From Macrostomum lignano (lineage: Eukaryota), in the NCBI GenBank assembly GCA_002269645.1, contig NIVC01000414.1, forward strand, positions 560,595-624,594: DNA of 64,000 nt, given 5' to 3'. Below the pieces are notes generated by a model that saw only the letters and a program-made list of their open reading frames with translations, was not told the DNA's origin and did not search any database. Of the stretch, positions 24,501-36,059 are shown in pieces. The translations under genes were made by a program, and so were the position numbers. Position 1 is the first letter of the stretch, and each line of letters opens with the position of its first letter.

Positions 24501-27500
24501 AGTCTCCAAGTTGCCGATCTCCGTGTCGGGCACAACCACTGGCAGATGTTTGGCCAAGGTGGAAGCCCATTGCACAAAATCTTTGCTGCCTTGCTTCTTG
24601 GGATCGAGGAGCTGGCAGGCGCAGAGAATGCTGTTATTTAGCGGCAGATAGTCGAAAAGCTTGGCTGTACCAGTCCTGAAGAATGCCTTCACAGACACAA
24701 GACACTCCTGCTGATTCTCTCCTGTCCTGTCAACAAAATGACGCTTGGCAGGTTCACCCATGCTGATCTCGTATGGCGGCAGCCAAATTGACTCGTCCGC
24801 GATGTCCAGCTTCGAAAGCTTCTTCTTTGGCAGCTTCTCTGTTTTACAAAGCGTAGGAGCCAGCGCTTGGTAACATCCACGAGCTGCGAATACAGATGAT
24901 GAATCTGGCAACCCTGCTGTTAAAACAGCATCTCGAATTGCTGCAGTGGCTGGAGAACCTCTGCTAGAAAAGTCAGAAAAAACTCAACCTTGGGGTCTCG
25001 CACGTCAGCCTTAATAGCGGCAAAGTTGGCGCCAGTAGCCTTTGTCTTTGAGTCAGAAAAGAAGCGGACAATCGGTTGATACATGCGAAGCACACGCTGA
25101 ACGACTGGAAGAAGTTGCAGCCAACGTGTTTCTACCGGCCGAAGAAAGGCGACCTTCTTGATCTCGTCGAACAAGTCAAAGTTTGATTTGTTTGACTTCC
25201 AATCAAAGTTTGATTGAAAGCTGACAGAAATTTGTGCTTAAGGTTGGGTGTGTTCTTGACTTCTGTAAAGACACGCCATCACAGCATGCCCAACTGAAAC
25301 AGATGCTCCTGCGGCCAGAAGAGACCACCTCGATCGATTTCACGAAGAAATTCCGACGATTCTTTCATTTGAGACGTCTCTTCAAATTCAAAGTCAACAA
25401 TCGGATTTTCGCACACCAGAGTATGTTTGCATGATTCACACTTGTTCGTTCTAACTAACGAACGCGCGCAGAAACCACTAACATAATAAACTATGGCCGT
25501 GTTACTTTCGTCCGGTAGACAGTTAAGACAAGCTTCTTCACGAATCTCAGCCGCCAGTTTGCGTGTCTTGTTACTATCCGGACAGGTCCTTTTCAGAAGC
25601 GCTTTGTCCAGATCGCGCACTGTCAGACCTGAATATCTGAGAAGCGAAATAGCTTTAATCTTTTTGTCACTCTCGGTAAGTTGCCGCATCGAAATGAAGT
25701 AATTGGCTCCACTGAGTTGACGAATCCATCCGAACCGCGCTTCGATGTCGTCAGACTGAATCTTACCCATCAAAACGTAACAAAACGTAAACGTAACGTA
25801 GGCAAACGAATCCTCCCTATGTCTGTGGCAATCGCGATAAGCCTTATCTTGTATAAAAAGTCCTCACCGCTATTTCAGTTGTTATTCCAGTTTAGATTTA
25901 GAATTTCTTGGCTCAGTTTGTTAACCGATCTCTCAGTCTGGCCATAGACTGTCGAATTAAGATCTAGTTTTATTCTGAGTGAACAGGCTTTTCTGCATCT
26001 TTAATCTCGTCGAAGATGTTTGTTTAGTCTCCCTATTTGTCATCTGACACATTTTTCCCTATTTTAAATGAAGGACAAAGAAGCCAAAAAAGCTGCTCCT
26101 TTGCGGTCAAGGCACCTTTTTTTAACAAGTCAAATGTTAACACGGGACCAACTGACTCCAGCAGACTCTCCCCTTGTTTTGCGGAGAGGCGAAATCTTTC
26201 CGAAAAGTCCAATCCACGAGGGTGAAAATTTATTATTTCTTTGAAGATTCACTGCGCGGGCCCTGCTTGTTTAAACAACCAATCGTCCTCATCCTCACTA
26301 TCGCTAAACATCACGCTGATGGCTCGCAAAATTGATAGTGGAGTTTAAATGCACACTTGACAAGTGCACGGACCACTTTTCAAATTTCATACAAGGGCCA
26401 TGTGCTCCATAGAATCCCAGTGATTGCTTGGCGACAAAAGCGTAGTCAATGTTTACAAGTGGCCAGGATAGCGCTTGACAGATTGTCACTTGTTACTTGT
26501 AACTTGTTAATTTGTCATAACTTCTCATGAAACATATTACTTGTCGGAATTGCCACTTGTCACTTGTAATTTGTCTGACAAGTGGCTTAATGAAATCCAC
26601 CCCTGGCTTGAAACTTTTCAATACCTGGGGCCGATTTCATGAAGCAAGTACAAGTGACAAGTGACAAATTACAAGTTACAAGTGATAAGTGACAGCGATT
26701 ACAGTTTCATGAAAATATAAAATCCGATTGCTTATTTAATTGACCTTTAATGGGCGCCTTCGCAGCAAAGAATCAATAGTCTATGGTACAAATACTTCTA
26801 TACCGGGACCAAAAAATCATTTAATGGTCTTCAAACGGCTCTGCCCCCGCACCCCCGCCCGAAACCACGGTCGACCAGATGGAATATCCCAAAAATAAGC
26901 AATCTGATTTCACATAAAATAATAGCCATTAAATTAAGCTCTCTATGGTCTGAATGTCCTTGGCCCCTTGTGTGGGGTTTCTATGCCCTTGTCGCATCCG
27001 CTTGATTCGCGAGCATAAATGGAAAACAACTCCAAGCAAAAACAAGAGCTGGGCGCGTCAAACAGATTATTAACAGCTAATTCGATGAAAATTTTTCTTT
27101 TCGAAAGCGCTCTTAGCGAAATTTTAATTACTTAAACTTATAATAACTAATACTAATAATAAAAATTGACTACACCTGCCCTAATAGACAAATGTGCAAC
27201 CGACAGCTCAGCCGCAGCTATTCCGCGGCGCTTCTGAAGGCTGCGTACCGCTTTTTAAAGCCAAAAGACTGGGATCGCCACACACACTTTTTACAGCTGG
27301 GTGAACTGAAGCAATGCAGAGTTAAGTGACTGCTCAAGGACACAAATTGTTCCGAGTTGGTCGCGAATCGAACTCCCAACCTTTTAGTCGCTCTAACCAC
27401 TAGGCTACAACCCCGTCATGGATTGTTCCACTCAACAATCCCTAGATCTATGCCATCCCTCACTCCTCTTCCTTCAGGTCCGTGAGCAGTGGCTGCTAAT

Positions 27501-27903
27501 TGAGCACACCAACCAGGAGCTGCCGCCAAGCCGCCAGGCATCGGCCAGCAGAGCAGGCGGCAGTCGGGCTGGCCATCCTCAGGGCTCAGTGCCGGAGAGC
27601 AGCGCCTACGTGCTGCAGTACGAGATCAGCCTGCTGAAGCCGCACGCTGGCACGAACTCGAAAGCTGCCGAAGCAGTCAGAGGCCTTGAGCAGCGCCTCG
27701 CCCAGCACAAGCAGCTGCTGGCCAACTGTGGCGAGGCTGAGAAGCGGCAGTACTGCTCAGTGCTGCAGCAGTTGTCGGCCACCTATGCTCAGCACGCCAA
27801 ATCGGCTTTGCAGGAGAAGGACAGGGGCAAGGCTGAGAAGTTTCTTAAAAAGAAGAAGGAGGCGGACAGGGAGTTTCAGGATGTCAGTTCGCGGTTGCGG
27901 TGA
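12558..27903 (+). CDS. CC2D1: CC2D1A/B (lethal(2) giant discs) DM14-repeat and C2-domain protein, ~912 aa; exons 12558-12878, 14944-16005, 16536-16817, 17920-18210, 18969-19325, 27478-27903
   Basis: DM14 repeats (LLEQRSREYRAAAAAAKSAGQTEEALELLR..., AKRTGDMATAKRMLG...GLPVDL) and C2 domain (TLEVKVLNG...NPSYD...RGFLKKDGLLGSATMKLEDLE...DGRKAVGGRLEVQVRLREPL|VREQWLLI); all junctions GT-AG in phase 0. Confidence 0.93.
13225..13615 (+). repeat. CT-rich low-complexity intronic tract
   Basis: Seen directly. Confidence 0.9.
14036..14347. mobile_element. Foldback MITE with ~105-bp TIRs and 8-bp TSD (hAT-like)
   Basis: CATGGAGGAAAGAATAGAATGGAGTGCTAATCTGAGCCAG... mirrored at the right end; GAAAAATC at 14028-14035 and 14348-14355. 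Confidence 0.85.
16071..16410 (-). mobile_element. tRNA-derived SINE family B, 5'-truncated copy
   Basis: Reverse complement of the body at 19840-20160 (GCAGAGCCAAGCCGAGATT, CTCCCCTGAGCAGGCACACA, GTCATACGCACAGGCACACA). Confidence 0.7.
16975..17600 (+). repeat. CT-rich degenerate tandem repeat (CCTCTCCTCTCACCCTCCCCTGT)
   Basis: Seen directly. Confidence 0.92.
18225..18900 (+). repeat. 26-bp minisatellite GGTTTGCCATCCCCATCTCACCTGCT, copy 1
   Basis: Tandem array in CC2D1 intron 4. Confidence 0.97.
19413..19712 (+). mobile_element. tRNA-derived SINE family A (CORE-like)
   Basis: GCAGCCTAGTGGTTAAAGCGTCGGACTTACGACTT head, GGTTCTATTC B box, CACTTAAATCTCTGCATTGCTTCAGTTTACCCAGCAGTAAAATGGGT core. 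Confidence 0.82.
19840..20160 (+). mobile_element. tRNA-derived SINE family B
   Basis: GAGTGGTCTAGCG (A box) and GGCTCGATTCC (B box); copies at 16071-16410 (-) and 38030-38335. Confidence 0.7.
20200..20250 (+). ncRNA. Minimal type I hammerhead ribozyme core (Penelope-like)
   Basis: CUGAUGA 20206-20212, stem II GACCU/GGGUC, GAAA 20235-20238, palindromic AGCU-U stem III and cleavage site; stem I weak. Confidence 0.5.
20740..22131 (-). CDS. Secreted PAN/apple plus fibrinogen C-terminal (FReD) protein, 281 aa, nested antisense in CC2D1 intron 5; exons 22065-22131, 21745-21963, 21244-21372, 20740-21170
   Basis: Signal peptide MSRFLLAVGFSLCLLTVVSA; PAN Cys pattern ECVLKC...CSAAAFVPGTQQCLL; FReD motifs IQHR...W.EYEDGFG...FWIGL, QFSTIDRDN, GWWFKSCTKSNPNG, LKSIRLML; all introns GT-AG in phase 1. 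Confidence 0.9.
23719..25174 (-). pseudogene. Degenerate hAT transposase, C-terminal half
   Basis: ETRWLQL motif and hAT dimerisation domain LPHGNADVERVFSSL...KKRCSL; in-frame stops at 24920 and 24177; frameshifts at ~24843 and ~24040. Confidence 0.85.
25279..25773 (-). pseudogene. P-element/THAP9-like transposase C-terminal fragment
   Basis: QSDDIEARFGWIRQLSGANY, YYVSGFCARSL...KCESC and DRGGLFWP motifs. Confidence 0.75.
26627..26710 (+). mobile_element. Orphan Harbinger-type terminus of the same family
   Basis: CTG followed by GGGCCGATTTCATGAAG and ACAAGTG repeats. Confidence 0.6.
27150..27412 (-). mobile_element. SINE family A, degenerate copy
   Basis: Same head, core and tail as the other copies, with internal deletions; positionally equivalent to 43284-43591. 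Confidence 0.75.
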
Positions 27904-29484
27904 CTGCAAAGTTTAACAAATTCGGGTCTTGTCGACTCTTTGGGTGGGCGGAGCAAGCCATGGAAAGTGGAAGTTTTAAGTCTTGACTAATTAAGTATTT
28001 GGGCCAAAAGTCTTCTGAACTGATCCGCTATGGCTTCTGATTGCCAGGTAATTTTTGTTTTGATAATCCTAATTTCGTATGAAACGTCATCTATGCTACT
28101 TGAAGTAGGGGGAATCGCTCTGCTTAATGAATAATGCTATTGGCTGTTAATTGACTCCGCGCTTAAAAACTATTTTGAGAAAATGTTAATAATATCAATG
28201 TTTATTTATTTAGCTTTCATATTTGGATGATTAAAATCCAGACTGAAAGTATTTCATATATGAACATGTTAATAAAGCAAATAATACGTTCTCTATATAT
28301 ATTCAGTTATGAATTCTAATTGGTAAATAAGCTTTTCCTGTTTATCAATTGGTTTTTTTCTCGTTTTAAATGGTTTCTGCAGTTTTTGAGTAATATTGGT
28401 CGTCAAACGATAGGCTTCTTATAAACTAATTATTATCGGTATCAGTTAGTCCGTCCGCCTTTCTTGGCCTCTGTTACCGAGGTCTGCTACAATTGTGCTC
28501 GGGGGAGACTCCCCTGCAGGCTTGGTCGTTTAATCATATCTCACTTTGAGACCATTTAGCTTGAGCTGACACTGCAGCGGGCCTTCTTCTCGGGCAGCTC
28601 TCGATGCCTTGGCCGTCCTCGGTAGTCTATTTTAGCTGCACGTAAACCACACAAGAATTTTGCGAAAGGCTTCGCTGAAACCGTAGCAAAGTGGCAAACG
28701 ATTTGTTGGCAAAGTCGCTTGACTTTGATTAGATTACAAAGGAGCAGTCAAACTCATTGTCAGGACTGGGAAATGCCTGCATGTACTCGTAAAGAATGTG
28801 TAGCATCTCTACGAATTTAATTGTATTTAAATGACCGGAGAAATCCAATTAACAATTTAGAGAATAAAACTAACAGAACACTACAAATTGGCTTAACAGT
28901 TTTTGTTAAAAGAACTCTATAAAGTTTAAGCCTCCGTAAAATCATGGAACAAAATCAAATCTAGTCTTTCCTTTAGTGGTATGCATGTACAATCGCAACA
29001 TTTTAAAATATTCTACAGATCAATAGAGGAAAGACCGAGGATATCTTACGAGTAATCATTGGATTGCAAGCTTCAGCTTCACCTTTACATTGCATCGACG
29101 TTGGATTGCTTGCTGTGCGGGTTGCCAGCCTGCCACGTATCAATGATATCTTCACAAAGCGCAATGCTGCATGCATCTCTGATTATTTTCAGACAATGGT
29201 TAAAGAAGTTCATGCACTAACTCCATTGTCTTCTCTAAATAGTTTTTAATAACCGCTACAGGTATATTTGCAGCGTACATAGGCGTACTAACCGCGGTCG
29301 ACTCCGCTAGTCCAGGCCTACTAGTCCAGCGATTGCTTAGATGGACTACGAGCGTGTTGCAGTACACGCAGAAAACAGATCAGTTGCGGACTTAGACTAA
29401 AATTCTACTGAATCAACAGCTGAAAAATTAAGGACACATTTATGCATACTCAGCAACAGCCAACCCCCCCCCCCCCCACTACAA

Positions 29485-30925
29485 AATGAGCGCCTCCCTG
29501 CGCGATGCCAAAAGGATTGCCTGGATGCGGCGCCATGCAAAATGATTGCCTGCGGCGCCAAAATGTATGCCTGCCTGCGGCGCCAAAATGAGTGCCTGTC
29601 TGCGGCGCCAAAATGAGTGCCTGCCTGCGGCGCCAAAATGAGTGCCTGCCTGCGGCGCCAAAATGAGTGCCTCCCTGCGGCGCCAAAATGAGTGCCTGCC
29701 TGCGGCGCCAAAATGAGTGCCTGCCTGCGGCGCCAAAATGAGTGCCTGCCTGCGGCGCCAATATGAGTGCCTGCCTGCGGCGCCAAAATGAGTGCCTCCC
29801 TGCGGCGCCAAAATGAGTGCCTCCCTGCGGCGCCAAAATGAGTGCCTCCCTGCGGCGCCAAAATGAGTGCCTGCCTGCGGCGCCAAAATGAGTGCCTCCC
29901 TGCGGCGCCAAAATGAGTGCCTGCCTGCGGCGCCAAAATGAGTGCCTCCCTGCGGCGCTAAAATGAGTGCCTCCCTGCGGCGCCAAAATGAGTGCCTCCC
30001 TGCGGCGCCAAAATAAGTGCCTGCCTGCGGCGCCAAAATGAGTGCCTGCCTGCGGCGCCAAAATGAGTGCCTCCCTGCGGCGCCAAAATGAGTGCCTGCC
30101 TGCGGCGCCAAAATGAGTGCCTCCCTGCGGCGCCAAAACGATTGCCTGCCTGCGGCGCCAAAATGAGTGCCTGCCTGCGGCGCCAAAATGAGTGCCTGCC
30201 TGCGGCGCCAAAATGAGTGCCTCCCTGCGGCGCCAAAATGAGTGCCTGCCTGCGGCGCCAAAATGAGTGCCTGCCTGCGGCGCCAAAATGATTGCCTGCC
30301 TGCGGCGCCAAAATGAGTGCCTGCCTGCGGCGCCAAAATGAGTGCCTCCCTGCGGCGCCAAAATGAGTGCCTCCCTGCGGCGCCAAAATGAGTGCCTGCC
30401 TGCGGCGCCAAAATGAGTGCCTCCCTGCGGCGCCAAAATGAGTGCCTGCCTGCGGCGCCAAAATGAGTGCCTCCCTGCGGCGCCAAAACGATTGCCTGCC
30501 TGCGGCGCCAAAATGAGTGCCTGCCTGCGGCGCCAAAATGAGTGCCTGCCTGCGGCGCCAAAATGAGTGCCTGCCTGCGGCGCCAAAATGAGTGCCTGCC
30601 TGCGGCGCCAAAATGAGTGCCTGCCTGCGGCGCCAAAATGATTGCCTGCCTGCGGCGCCAAAATGAGTGCCTGCCTGCGGCGCCAAAATGAGTGCCTCCC
30701 TGCGGCGCCAAAATGAGTGCCTGCCTGCGGCGCCAAAATGAGTGCCTGCCTGCGGCGCCAAAATGAGTGCCTGCCTGCGGCGCCAAAATGAGTGCCTGCC
30801 TGCGGCGCCAATATGAGTGCCTCCCTGCGGCGCCAAAATGAGTGCCTGCCTGCGGCGCCAAAATGAGTGCCTCCCTGCGGCGCCAAAATGAGTGCCTGCC
30901 TGCGGCGCCAATACAAGTGCCTACG
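29485..30925 (+). repeat. 25-bp satellite TGCGGCGCCAAAATGAGTGCCTGCC expanded inside a MITE
   Basis: Tandem array; the flank 30930-31045 ends in TGGCGACGCCCCTG, matching the MITE end at 35767. Confidence 0.97.
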
Positions 30926-31609
30926 GTGCCGAAATGAGCGCTAACGATACCGATTCTCAAAACAATGCGCATTTACGAATTAAATCCTGTGCATGTAGAA
31001 TTCTTGGCTTCGTCCCCACACATAAAATCCATGGCGACGCCCCTGTGCCACACAATGACAGTCAAGGTCTCTCTAGAAATAAACCCCATCGAGCCAACGA
31101 CGAGTCACTCGTGGTTCCTGCACACGATACTGAACTAGCATTAAATGCATTGTTTAACTTTTTTGCCGCGTGACAGTGTGAGTTGGAGGTGGGTTGGTTA
31201 AGCTGTTGAATATATTTACCCCGGAATTTATGGTTCTGTATTGCAACGTAATAGTCGAAATATTCGTAGTCTTTGATCGCCAGGAACTCAACAGTAATAA
31301 TCAAACAGCAAACAGATTTTGGCTCTGATGGTAGATCATTTTGCTTATGCCGTTGATAGGTCAAGTTTAAAGACTTTATCAGTTTATTTTTATAGAACGT
31401 CTTGCATTCAAGAAAAGTGAATGGTAATAAAAACGTAATATAGGCAAGTAGGTTGAGATGATAGAACAGCTAAAACAGATAAAAAGGGATGAGTTGAGTA
31501 AATTTAAGCTTGCCTTGGATATATGTCCTTTATTTTCGCCTCGTATATTCTGCACAGACACTCTTCTTGATTCAGTGGAATAGTATCAATAAAATGTATT
31601 CCATGCAAG

Positions 31610-32545
31610 CCAGGACTGGAGTGCTGTCTATGGCAGCTCGGAATATGGAGATTGCTGTCTATGGCAGCGGGGAATATGAAGAGTGCTGTCTATGGCAGCT
31701 CGGAATATGGAGATTGCTGTCTATGGCATCTCGGAATATGAAGAGTGCTGTCCATGGCATCTCGGAATATGGAGAGTGCTGTCTATGGCATCTCGGAATA
31801 TGGAGAGTGCTGTCTATGGCATCTCGGAATATGAAGAGTGCTGTCCATGGCATCTCGGAATATGGAGAGTGCTGTCTATGGCATCTCGGAATATGGAGAG
31901 TGCTGTCTATGGGAGCGGGGAATATGAAGAGTGCTGTCTATGGCAGCTCGGAATATGGAGATTGCTGTCTATGGCATCTCGGAATATGAAGAGTGCTGTC
32001 CATGGCATCTCGGAATATGGAGAGTGCTGTCTATGGCATCTCGGAATATGGAGAGTGCTGTCTATGGGAGCGGGGAATATGGAGAGTGCTGTCTATGGCA
32101 TCTCGGAATATGAAGAGTGCTGTCCATGGCATCTCGGAATATGGAGAGTGCTGTCTATGGGAGCGGGGAATATGGAGAGTGCTGTCCATGGCATCTCGGA
32201 ATATGGAGAGTGCTGTCTATGGCATCTCGGAATATGAAGAGTGCTGTCCATGGCATCTCGGAATATGGAGAGTGCTGTCTATGGGAGCGGGGAATATGGA
32301 GAGTGCTGTATATGGCAGCGGGGAGAATATGGAGAGTGCTGTCTATGGCAGCGGGGAGAATATGGAGAGTGCTGTCTATGGCAGCGGGGAGAATATGGAG
32401 AGTGCTGTCTATGGGAGCGGGGAATATGGAGAGTGCTGTCTATGGCAGCGGGGAGAATATGGAGAGTGCTGTCTATGGCAGCGGGGAAAATATGGAGAGT
32501 GCTGTCTATGGTAGCGGGGAATCTGGACAGTGCTGCTATGGCAGC
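31610..32545 (+). repeat. 31-bp minisatellite GAGTGCTGTCTATGGCATCTCGGAATATGGA
   Basis: Tandem array; shorter copy at 46120-46750. Confidence 0.96.
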
Positions 32546-33275
32546 GGAGAATACTTACTGAGATTATCTGCTACCAAAACACTTGCGGGGTAGATTAGTG
32601 GTACAGTGTGGAATATATTAGGCTAAGAACAAGAGAAATTTACATAACGAAAAACTTAGTTTCAGTTTATGGACTTCGGAATCTTGGACGGTTAGAAAAA
32701 ATATGAATATGAATTAGAAACGCACGGGTTAGAAAATGATTTTGTCAATAGTCAATAAATCAAAATATTTTTTGTAAAGCTTACATTTTAAGATTTTTTC
32801 ACAATGGAGCTTTTTTGGGTACCGCAGTTGTGATTTTTTGAGAAAGTGAGAAAGCGAGAAGGAACGTTTGTCATACAAAGTGTAGAGGTTCACAGATACA
32901 CAGAAATCGACAGGAATACACAGTTTTTTTAAGAAACTTGACAACTTTTTCTGAACAAAAAACGAATGCTTTTTTTATCAGTAATTTTTAATTAGACTGA
33001 CGTACTGAGTTACTGCTTAAGCTAGAACAATAGCTTAGAATAAATAAGCTAAGAGTCAAAAAATTTTCACGATCGTAAACTGCAACGCTCGCATCAATGG
33101 ATTACAGCTCCTTGGTAATGTGTCCTACTAAAGCTCACTTACACTTATTTTCTCGTACGGTTATAGTCTTGAGTGAGTTGGATTGCTCAACTGCCACGCG
33201 AGATACCAGTTTGATGTTATTAAAATAGTTGTCTCCAGTTCAGCGTAGGCAGGTGACTGCTAATTGGCATCAAAC

Positions 33276-34463
33276 CTAATGGATCATCAATCGAATGCTC
33301 TTCAGTGCAACATCATTCCCGGATGTAGCACTAGCCCAGTGCATTGTATTTGTTTTAGTCATAGCAGTGCTATAATAGATACCGTTTGGGTTGGTATGCG
33401 AGCAGCCTTTGAACCACCAACCGGAGTTTCCAAAGCTGCTGGAACAATGATTTTCAAATTGGTCGTTGTCCCGGTCCATGGTGGAGAACTGCATCCCACT
33501 GTTAAAGGTGAACGAATCGGCAGTCGTGTTGGAGCTGCCGCTCAGGTACGAAATGCCAGTCATGGTGTAGTTCGTGCTGGCATCGGCCACCGTGAAGCCG
33601 GAGTACTCGCAGACGTACAGCTCATCCGACCAGGTGACGGCCTCGACTCGCAGAAGCTTCGGCGAGCTTCCGGTCAGCTCATGGATTTTTCGAAGGCCTG
33701 AAATGAAAAAAATGAAATCATTCTTAAGTCTTTATTGATTCGATTGGTGTTTGGTAAAGCTAAAGTGTCCTGCTCACCAATCCAGAAGTCCGTATCGTCT
33801 CCAAAGCCGTTCTCATACTCAGTCCAGCTGCGAGCAAAGCTCAGCTCGCCCTTCGACCTGTGCTGAATCACTTGGAATTCTCGTCCGTTGATCTGGACGA
33901 TTTGTCCTGATATTTCAAAAAAGCAAACAATGTTTAAGTGTGTCTAGCGGTGCGTGAACTAGTGATTCATTTATTATTCAAAGGGATTGATATTTGCTAC
34001 CATTGAGCGACTTTTCACACCTTTTAGAATTTCACTGCTATTCATTTCATTATTAGTGAACACAGGCTCGATTTAAAACTTACTAGCTATAAGCTTTCGA
34101 TAAACCAGTTCACCAGGAGCGACAGGTGCAAAATCGGCAGTTGTTATCTCGGAGAGCAGGCAGAGCTTCTTCTCTGGCACGAAGGCGAAGGCGGAGCAGA
34201 ACTTCACGATGGGCTGCTCGCATTTCAGAGCGCAGTCAGCGACGCTTCGACCGGGCTCGTGGTGAATCGGAGCAGGTGTGGTGTGCGCAACTTCCTCTTG
34301 AGAAAACACTGCAAATCGCATGGATTTAAGCTTGTTTATAAACTACTTCATTATTTCCACAATCATTCAAAAGGCTTGACTTACCAGATGCTGCACTGTC
34401 CAGAGTCCAAACAGTTGAGCCGCTGCAGAGAGCGACAGCAATGGCAATAAGGAATGGTGTCAT
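33276..34463 (-). CDS. Diverged PAN/apple plus FReD paralog, 284 aa; exons 34385-34463, 34084-34308, 33778-33906, 33276-33697
   Basis: Signal peptide MTPFLIAIAVALCSGSTVWT; PAN (DCALKC...CSAFAFVPEKKLCLL); FReD (MQFSTMDRDND, GWWFKGCSHTNPNG); same four-exon phase-1 structure as 20740-22131. Confidence 0.9.
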
Positions 34464-34904
34464 GCCGAGTGCTCAGCACCTGATGGAGGCACAGACAGCG
34501 CTGTCAGCCAGTCCTTATCGCTTTCGTTCCTGTTTTATAGAGATTCTAAAAAAACAGGAGATATTGACTGACATGTTGCACTGCATACCTAGGATTGAGG
34601 AATCAACAGAAGTGAACTGGGGCTGAGTTAACACCGACTTGTTGGCCAATGAGACTTTTTCTCTTCCATTGTTCTGGACTGTCCAGCAGTGCTGCTCTGA
34701 AAGCAGAGTTTGTTTGCAAAGCGGAAGGCACGGCCAGTTCTGTAACTGAAAATTATGTTCTATTTCTGCAGTTAGTCCACTAACTGTCTGCAGTTAATAA
34801 GTCATGTGTATGTATCACACATCCATTGGTGGGCATTAATTGACTTCGGATTCCTATGAAGAGCACTAGAGAGGACTTTGTTTGTTTTTTGCAAAGAAAT
34901 TTCA

Positions 34905-35005
34905 CAGAGCGACAGCAACGGCAATGAGGATTGATTGCATGCTGAGTGCTCAGCACCTGATGGAGGGGCAGACAGCTCTGTCAGCCAGTACCTATCGCTG
35001 TCGAT
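34905..35005 (-). pseudogene. Remnant of exon 1 and upstream region of a further FReD paralog
   Basis: Near copy of 34428-34530 encoding MQSILIAVAVAL, then breaking off. Confidence 0.6.
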
Positions 35006-35766
35006 CTTATATAGATAGTCAGCTGCTGACTTTTTAAACTCTTTTTTTAATTCATTCTGGGTTGAGTAAACAGAGTGAATGTCTCCAACGAGACTTGGTT
35101 ACTTCCCTGTTCTTGTCTGTCGCTCAATTTTTTTGAACTAAAGCTTTTAACACAGCGGAAGTCACTGCAGTTATACCGGTACCTTTCTAGACATTTTTTC
35201 TAGCAAGCCAGTTTCCTTGAAATCTTGCATCGATTAAGGTAAATGTATAGCATTGCATTAACTGTGCAAATCTAGCAGTGAAATGTAAGAATAGAAATGC
35301 ATTTTTTCGCATCAATTTCAAAATGTGCGTTTCCGTTTTTTATCTGTAGAAGTCTCTGTGCTGCCCTGTCGATAACAAGTAATGAAGGGGATTGCAACTA
35401 CTGATGGTCGGGTATGTCCTATAACTTCTCGACTACCTGCCCCCAAAGAGCGAGATTCAACACAGGAGACTTTCAGATCGACAAGACAAAAATAATGTGG
35501 ACGATGCAGCAGTACCCAAAAAATATTCAGATTTCTTGGTAAATTCTTGGCAGCTTAATAGGGTCCCTCAATTAGCAGCAGTAGTTTTCAAAAAACGAAA
35601 AGTAATATAAAAAGATGATACAAAAAATATATCTTGAGTCTCGAGACTCAGGTCCTAGGATACTGAAATTCTGTTATTTATGATCACTAAGAAGGCTTCG
35701 AAAAAGTCTTTGATTGAAAACAGAAGACAGAACGCAGATTTTTTCTTAAACTTGAAATGGCTTGAT

Positions 35767-36050
35767 CAGGGACGTCGCCATGGCTTTTTTATGGTGGGTG
35801 ACGAAGCCCAGAATTCAACATGTACATGACTAAATTCGTACATTTTCATTCTTTTGAGAATCGCGTTGTCAGCACTCATTTTGGCGCCGCCGGCACCTTT
35901 TTTGGCGCCGCAGGCATTCCTTTTAGCGCCGAAGGCCTTATATTTTGACGCCCTGAAGAAAAATAATTTATTTTTGACGAGTCACAAGGTGGGGTGTGGG
36001 GGGGACAAAGCATTGGCATGTCCCCACATAGCATTTACTGGGGGGACATG
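35767..36050 (+). mobile_element. Truncated MITE of the GGCGCCGCAGG-repeat family
   Basis: Starts CAGGGACGTCGCCA, aligns with the reverse complement of 30900-31045 and carries three GGCGCCG units; no right TIR before the minisatellite. Confidence 0.7.
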
Positions 36051-36059
36051 TTTCAGTTT

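Larger units (their letters stand above)
22434..26602. mobile_element. Composite non-autonomous element with PIF/Harbinger-type ends
   Basis: TIR G(A/G)GTGGATTTCAT at both ends, subterminal ACAAGTG repeats and CTG 3-bp TSD; the empty site TACTGGCTTG is visible in the duplicated segment at ~42741. Confidence 0.8.

Noticed and set aside
28388-28808. ~420-bp segment present only in copy 1
   Set aside because: No TIR, TSD or ORF found; cannot tell insertion from deletion
29397-30972. 488-497 aa ORFs and possible CRISPR-like array
   Set aside because: Head-to-tail 25-bp satellite with no unique spacers and no cas genes, in a eukaryotic context
31510-32593. Cys/Trp-rich repetitive ORFs
   Set aside because: 31-bp minisatellite translation
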